Shown in pieces: positions 28,801 to 32,000 of a DNA stretch of 32,000 nucleotides. Made by a program: the position numbers and the translations under genes. Source of the stretch: Balneolaceae bacterium UBA7797 (GTDB lineage Bacteria; Bacteroidota; Rhodothermia; Balneolales; Balneolaceae); the NCBI GenBank assembly GCA_002480645.1, contig DLCN01000003.1:276355-308354 (forward strand). The letters run 5' to 3'. The notes below the pieces were generated by a model. It was not told the DNA's origin, made no database searches, and saw only the letters and a list, made by a program, of their open reading frames with translations. Numbering within the stretch: position 1 is the first letter of the stretch; every line of letters starts with the position of its first letter.

Positions 28801-30931
28801 TATTTAACAGGGCGTCATTGGGAGGATCGATATCGTCGGTAGAGCCATCAAAATAGAGCGCACCACGATCGCCAAGATAAGTTGGGTCGAATAAAGGTTG
28901 ATCGGATGCGGTTCCCTGAGTAGCGGTGAGATCGGTCGAGCTTCCACCGGCGTTATCGGAGCGGTCGCCCCAGGAAGACAGATTTGTAGCTGTTCCGGGT
29001 TGATCTCCGGTATCCAGATCTCCATCCACATCCTGGGCATCATAGTGGAATACTCCATTAGATTTATAAGTTGCCAGATCAGAAATAGCAGTTGGATATT
29101 CAATATCTCTGGAAACGGTGGAACTGGTTGCCGTTCCGTCACTTGCACTAAATGAAATTGTACGGGTACTCATGGTTGGAGAACCACTCACATTTTCATA
29201 GGTAACCGTTCTTAGCGCATTCTGGTAGTTGGATACCAGTGTTGATCCTGTAAGTTTTAAACGACCTGTTGTTTCATTCCAGGATCCGGTGATCCCATAA
29301 GAATCGGTGAAATAAAGCGTGTCTTCGGAGGAAACATATCCGGAGGAAATCTGAACAAAAGCACTATCTAAAGTTGTATCGTCGATGTCATCAACTTCCA
29401 GCGTATTACTGATCTGTTTTTGTCCGTTTCCGGCGTAGTAAATGATCGAAGTTGATTCAATATTAGAAAGAGTAGGGGCATTGTTAACTTTGGTAACCGA
29501 GATATTCCTTGTCCTGGTATTACTGTCGTCTGTGCCGTCATTAACGGTGAAGCTTATGGTTCTGGTAAGTTCTGATGGCGAGCCACTGGTATTTTCATAG
29601 GTAACACTGCGCAATGCAGTCTGATAATTTGCCAGAGAGGATGAGCCGGTTAAGGTTAGAATGCCGGTTGAAGAAGCGTAGCTGCCGGTGATCCCTAATT
29701 GATCTACAAAAGCAAGCTGGTCTTCACCCGCAGCAAAATTCGAAGTGATCTGAATAGTAGCACTTTGCAGGTTAGTGTCATCTCCATCTTTAACGATGAT
29801 GGAAGAAGTAATGGCGGTAGGTGAATCTCCCGAATTATAGGCAAGTGTGCTGCTTTCAATATTACTTAATACCGGCTCTGTATTGATCAGAGTAATAAAG
29901 GTACCCGGACTACTTTGATTATTATATTCGGTAGCTACCCAATCGGCACTACGCGTTACATTCGAAATTCGTACCTCATCCATTCTTCCTTCAAACGGAT
30001 AAGATGGGGTGGTTAGGTAGAGTGGGTCATTATTAGTATTAAAAGAAGCAGCGGAATTATCACTTGCAAGTACTGCACCGTTCTTGTAGATCACACGATC
30101 GCCATTCGAAGCCCTTGTAAAAGTGAGGTAGGTCCAAACGTTACTACTTAACTGGAAGAAACCGGAAGCCAGAGCATCATTATTTACCTGATAGGCGATC
30201 CTGCCGTAAACATCCACCCAGGTTGAGTATCCATCTGTATAATCACCTTTAGTGACAAAATCAGGACCTTCATTTCGGTTTGTAATATTGACCCAGAATG
30301 AAATGGTGATATTCCCTGTAATATCAAGTGGTGAAACACCAGCATCTGCCACGGAGATTATATCCCCCTGATTAGTACCAAACTGACGGGAGCGTGCGAT
30401 CTGACCCGCAGCATCCGACGTTCCGCTATCGGTAGCGTCGGTGCCTTCACCGGAATAATCGTCGGTGTCGCCGGTAAGGTGAAGTACCATTTTATAATTT
30501 GAGTCCCATACGTTTACCGTGGATTGATCGGTTGAGATGCCGGAATTGCCAAAGTGTATATAAAATTCGGTATCGGTAGTGGGAGAGAGTGTTGGAAAGC
30601 GAACCCAGGCTATGAGTTCACCGGTAGTTGCATTATAAGATTCAAGCTGATGGCTTAACAGGGTGGAACCGTTGGACGATGTGAATACAATATCGTAGCC
30701 ATTTGAATTCTCAACCAGACCACCGTTTGCTACTGTTCTGAGGTCATTATTAGTTAGGCTTACAAGCACAGGAAAGTTACTCAGATCAGAACTTCCAGAG
30801 ACCTGAGAAGAATTAACCTGAGCTTTTAAACGACTTGTGTAGCCCGTTAATTGAGCAAATACATTCTGCTGGTAAGCAGCCAGCATTTGTACTACAATTA
30901 TTAAAAATAATAACTTGAAATACCGCCTCAT
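22895..30931 (-). CDS. Giant secreted protein: DUF2341 + LamG-like domains + five ~130-aa repeats + Ig-like region + T9SS type A C-terminal sorting domain
   Basis: 2678 aa. Signal peptide (LLFLIIVVQMLAAYQQNVFAQ); DUF2341-like LSNFPVLVSL..NGYDIVFTSSNGSTLLSHQLESYN..LIAWVRFPTLSPTTDTEFYIHFGN; LamG-like WDSNYKMVLHLTGD...; C-terminus YLDQNYPNPFNPSTIIPYGV..VSLIVYDILGRKVKTLVNE..GKYEVTFRADNLASGVYFYRLVT..KRFTLIK. Confidence 0.85.
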   Translation of the reverse strand: MRRYFKLLFLIIVVQMLAAYQQNVFAQLTGYTSRLKAQVNSSQVSGSSDLSNFPVLVSLTNNDLRTVANGGLVENSNGYDIVFTSSNGSTLLSHQLESYNATTGELIAWVRFPTLSPTTDTEFYIHFGNSGISTDQSTVNVWDSNYKMVLHLTGDTDDYSGEGTDATDSGTSDAAGQIARSRQFGTNQGDIISVADAGVSPLDITGNITISFWVNITNRNEGPDFVTKGDYTDGYSTWVDVYGRIAYQVNNDALASGFFQLSSNVWTYLTFTRASNGDRVIYKNGAVLASDNSAASFNTNNDPLYLTTPSYPFEGRMDEVRISNVTRSADWVATEYNNQSSPGTFITLINTEPVLSNIESSTLAYNSGDSPTAITSSIIVKDGDDTNLQSATIQITSNFAAGEDQLAFVDQLGITGSYASSTGILTLTGSSSLANYQTALRSVTYENTSGSPSELTRTISFTVNDGTDDSNTRTRNISVTKVNNAPTLSNIESTSIIYYAGNGQKQISNTLEVDDIDDTTLDSAFVQISSGYVSSEDTLYFTDSYGITGSWNETTGRLKLTGSTLVSNYQNALRTVTYENVSGSPTMSTRTISFSASDGTATSSTVSRDIEYPTAISDLATYKSNGVFHYDAQDVDGDLDTGDQPGTATNLSSWGDRSDNAGGSSTDLTATQGTASDQPLFDPTYLGDRGALYFDGSTDDIDPPNDALLNTASYTEKSFAIMFRTGTSVSGLQMVYEQGGGTRGYQISIKDGNAYAFVWNNAEWGSGNQYKSIDLGTVVPNSSYIILASHDATSGTLASRVWEANINGGTVTTLASADVQQAHAGGAMIGEENGTVDPVTLGGNPAGTNNFDGYVAEFASWNAAFSSSDFTNIYGYLSEKWFNEPPVLADIEDTALTYNEGDAATTITSSITVSDADDTDLDSIRVSITSGFDATEDVLAFVDMLGITGSWNGTTGILTLSGTTTLSNYQTAVRTVTYQNTDATSPSETTREISFTAYDWDGSSGAITRDIEIQGSNSAPVLSAIEGTTLAYTEGDGAVATTATIVATDSDDSNLEGATVSFINNYFLGEDELDFTDSFGITSSFDAMTGILTLTGTSTVANYQSALRSVTYENTSSDPVTSLDRTIEYRIYDGTDSSATGITRDISVASVNTAPILDDIETETIFYQSGDSSTVTETITLTDPDDTNIETATFQITTNYDSAEDTLVFTTIFGITGSWNDGTGTLTLTGPASKSDFQSALQTVMYRNTITTPTDQPRVVSITVNDGTDDSNTETRNISFSIPKSVSDLLVWLKADAGTYTTTGGTTASGNGDDVGRWEDQSGNANHFITSGATPPILQTAQSSINDQNGIEFPGGGSNVRLEDSDAETQYLSGLDELTIFFVIESDVINTDRGFWTTYTPDASGIDQYFSIRYDDTGDNGGSDDVITVGMRDLGTNPAFSLESFESAQTTVGQIVMLRWTSEENYEMYIDGVLSNPTFSQNIPTGVLTQVSTAIIGQGTQDNNTSWDGLISEMVLYGRDIDLDEQMEIEDYLSTKYGISIRTLTPATGGEAISADDANVTYTTLTGPRVQESFIGEFGTGGTFIFKAPSGFEWDTGGSAPSATVASAFGGSTDLTISLTSRSSSQITFTISGESTTNPAEITFADFRVRPTTGILPNSGNIVNLGTTGLGGATNYGTLTMVPGTQVSMEFDQQPSTSNESSTITPNVRVQLIDQYGNAVEESRVDISLALNQVSGSGSLAGTTTEQTNLFGIAEFDDINVDAIGTYTLTASSSGLTDTTSTEFDVVTAGELTQFIIQRVPSGNISDKLAGQTFNISIIAADGLQDTVTSFTGTVVVTSNCDIGVGQGTSAAFTSGVLTPKSMMITSTGTCTITATNSSGSETGTSNTFVVSPGSADASTTTITANPTIIQNDGFSTSTITVQLKDHYENNLTTSPSTIALSTTDGTLGSVTNNGDGTYSATLTSSIAAGIATISGTLNGGAINDEATVEFAEFDNVWQSQVGTVTDARNWDDNSNWSTNSVPVSGDKILIPANPSVGNEQPVISSTNTTIELISIESGASVTVSGGIHFVVTDKASGGGSITGSNTDSLSIGGNFDVSDVTLGFVILNGTTNQDVTSPNEYSNLELDNSNGADFFSNLIVNDTLKLTSGTLFMPSGTNLVSNYELYGTGTVRMQRRFQGSRGWRIISSPLDTTYGDFLDGIITQGYSGAFYSTGSNPGDTLQPNVLTYVESYAGTDNQRYRTPTSTSQKVTEGQGMFVYLFGDIPADPLYNDPLPDTLDVEGRAFRGDGAEVDFGITYTTSADSGWNLVGNPYLATIDWDDSPNWTKTNVESTIYIWDPSANGGSGEYLTWNGVTGTHPGGGLIAPFQGFWVKANGNSPVLKVKKEAKTTGGSFMRKTASTDDIQSQDTTKSKEKIAGIPILQLMVESDAGRSKRTNIMFSDEAATGKDTYDAYRLLPLSSSHIEFYTLLDDGTELAINNLPFDFDSRYFIPIQLNAYEGGDPYSGEMTIKWSGLRNIPADWVITLVDNDTGTEINVMEELSYTFFHTTKTKLYSANPRYKSSSIMKKADSKSTRFTLKISTEEIESNVPTEVYLDQNYPNPFNPSTIIPYGVDTNTNVSLIVYDILGRKVKTLVNEIKNPGKYEVTFRADNLASGVYFYRLVTDSKNIVKRFTLIK
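27089..28282 (-). repeat. Protein repeats 3-5 of the giant protein (134, 135 and about 129 aa)
   Basis: Units at 27881-28282, 27476-27880 and 27089-27475. Each begins (A/P)PxLxxIExxxxxYxxGD, has xxEDxLxFxDxxGITGSWN and NYQxALRTVTYxN, and ends near ISFxxxDGTDxSxTxTR. Confidence 0.85.
29090..29878 (-). repeat. Protein repeats 1-2 of the giant protein (133 and 130 aa)
   Basis: Units at 29480-29878 and 29090-29479 with the same motif as repeats 3-5, separated from them by a LamG-like insertion. Confidence 0.85.
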
Positions 30932-31028
30932 CGAATAATCTCACCTTTAATTTGTACTGTAAAATATAGCTAAATCAATGAGCTTGGCTTGATAATTAGC
31001 CAATTCTAATTTCAGCCCTTTAAATCAG

Positions 31029-32000
31029 TTACTTAAGCAGGGTCATTTTTTTAGTTTCAATACCGTTTTCGGTCGTGAGGCGATAAAAATAAATACCACT
31101 TGAATTTCCCCCTGCATTCCATGTGTAGGTGTGCAGGCCGGCAGGTACTTCACCGTTTACAAGAGTGGTTACTTTTTGTCCGAGAATATTATAAATGGAC
31201 AAGTCTACCACGGTTTGTTTTGGAAGTTCCAGTTCAATAGTGGTTTGAGGATTGAAAGGATTAGGATAGTTTTGAGACAGGGTATAATCAGTAGGGAGTT
31301 CTGCGCCATCTTCTCCGGGTGTAATAATCAGAGTAAATCTGGAAACTGCCGGATCGGCCTTGCTGGTCACTTTTGGTTTTGTTTTGAACGAAAAGTTGGG
31401 AGCGACAGTGCGATTGACCGGGGAAAAATTAAAAGGAATGATATTTCCTTCCTGAAGAGTATAACGATCGCCCGTTGTGTTATCCAAAAGCTGTATCAGC
31501 CAGCTTTCCGGGATATTTCTGAATTGTTGAAATTCCAGATTAAGGGGTTTTTCAACCAGATATCCGGCTTTGTATGCTTCTACATGTAAGGGGATCTCGA
31601 TGGGTATGCCAAATTTTCTGGGCATATTATTGATGGCCATTTTATCTCCGAATTCTGTAATGGCACTGATCTCTAAATAGTCATCAATTCCACTGAGCGG
31701 TAACAATCGGAACGCATCCTGTTGATCTTTGCCAAGGCCGGCGTCTTCGGTGAACATGAAATAAACCACTGATTGGTGATCATCATCAGCCAGTTTGATA
31801 CTGAACATTGGTGGAGCTTCGTCTGTTCGAACTTTACCAACAAAGCTACCTCCGGTGGTTTTGGCGTTTTCATCAACAATAAGAGATGGACCGGCGTCAT
31901 TAGCTTTGATCCAGAAACCCTGAAAAGGAGCGATCAAACCATCGGTCAGATCACCGGTCACGCCATTCCAGGTTTTGTACTGATTGGACGTGTAATCCCA
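31029..32000 (-). CDS. C-terminal part of a second T9SS-sorted secreted protein, truncated at the window edge
   Basis: The listed start (GTG at 31961) is internal. The frame stays open to 32000 (WDYTSNQYKTWNGVTGDLTDGLIAPFQGFWIKAN), paralogous to YLTWNGVTGTHPGGGLIAPFQGFWVKAN in the giant protein. Ends in a YPNPFNPQTTIELELPKQTVVDLSIYNILGQKVTTL sorting domain. Confidence 0.85.
   Translation of the reverse strand, partial: WDYTSNQYKTWNGVTGDLTDGLIAPFQGFWIKANDAGPSLIVDENAKTTGGSFVGKVRTDEAPPMFSIKLADDDHQSVVYFMFTEDAGLGKDQQDAFRLLPLSGIDDYLEISAITEFGDKMAINNMPRKFGIPIEIPLHVEAYKAGYLVEKPLNLEFQQFRNIPESWLIQLLDNTTGDRYTLQEGNIIPFNFSPVNRTVAPNFSFKTKPKVTSKADPAVSRFTLIITPGEDGAELPTDYTLSQNYPNPFNPQTTIELELPKQTVVDLSIYNILGQKVTTLVNGEVPAGLHTYTWNAGGNSSGIYFYRLTTENGIETKKMTLLK

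Noticed and set aside
23714-29155. Numerous 60-114 aa ORFs opposite to or in alternate frames of the giant gene
   Set aside because: Expected by chance in a long low-stop-codon repetitive gene; no coding signature.
27089-29878. Possible CRISPR or nucleotide satellite array
   Set aside because: The periodicity is protein-level (about 130 aa) with diverged nucleotides; no short identical repeats with unique spacers.

Overview
The window has a short + strand housekeeping block and a long block of minus-strand genes. The + strand block is the 5'-truncated alaS, then pdhA, pdhB and the E2 gene of pyruvate dehydrogenase, ending in a clear intrinsic terminator at about 5908-5932. From about 6010 to the right edge every supported gene is on the minus strand. 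Read in the transcription direction (right to left) these are: (a) the C-terminus of a secreted protein cut by the window edge and a complete 2678-aa DUF2341/LamG-like/repeat protein, both with T9SS type A-like C-terminal sorting domains; (b) a three-gene prepilin-like module present in two diverged tandem copies; (c) a small secreted protein; (d) four DUF4402-like fimbrial subunits; (e) a PapD-like chaperone and a large outer-membrane usher with an unusual C-terminal TPR-like tail; (f) directly downstream of the usher with gaps of 40 bp or less, a flagellar-type motor set: a fusion of a FliF C-terminal (RBM3-like) domain, a TM helix and FliG, then a TPR lipoprotein, a 4-TM MotA-like stator, and a MotB-like protein with the TM aspartate, an OmpA-like peptidoglycan-binding domain and three SPOR repeats. 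No flagellar filament, hook, rod or export genes are visible here. The main candidate for something undescribed is this linkage of a chaperone-usher fimbria with a minimal MotA/MotB/FliF-FliG-like ion-driven motor. The lineage looks like Bacteroidota/Balneolota/Rhodothermota, judging from the T9SS-type tails, YPNPFNP motifs and TAnnTTTG promoter-like boxes. All family calls were made by eye from motifs; no database search was run.
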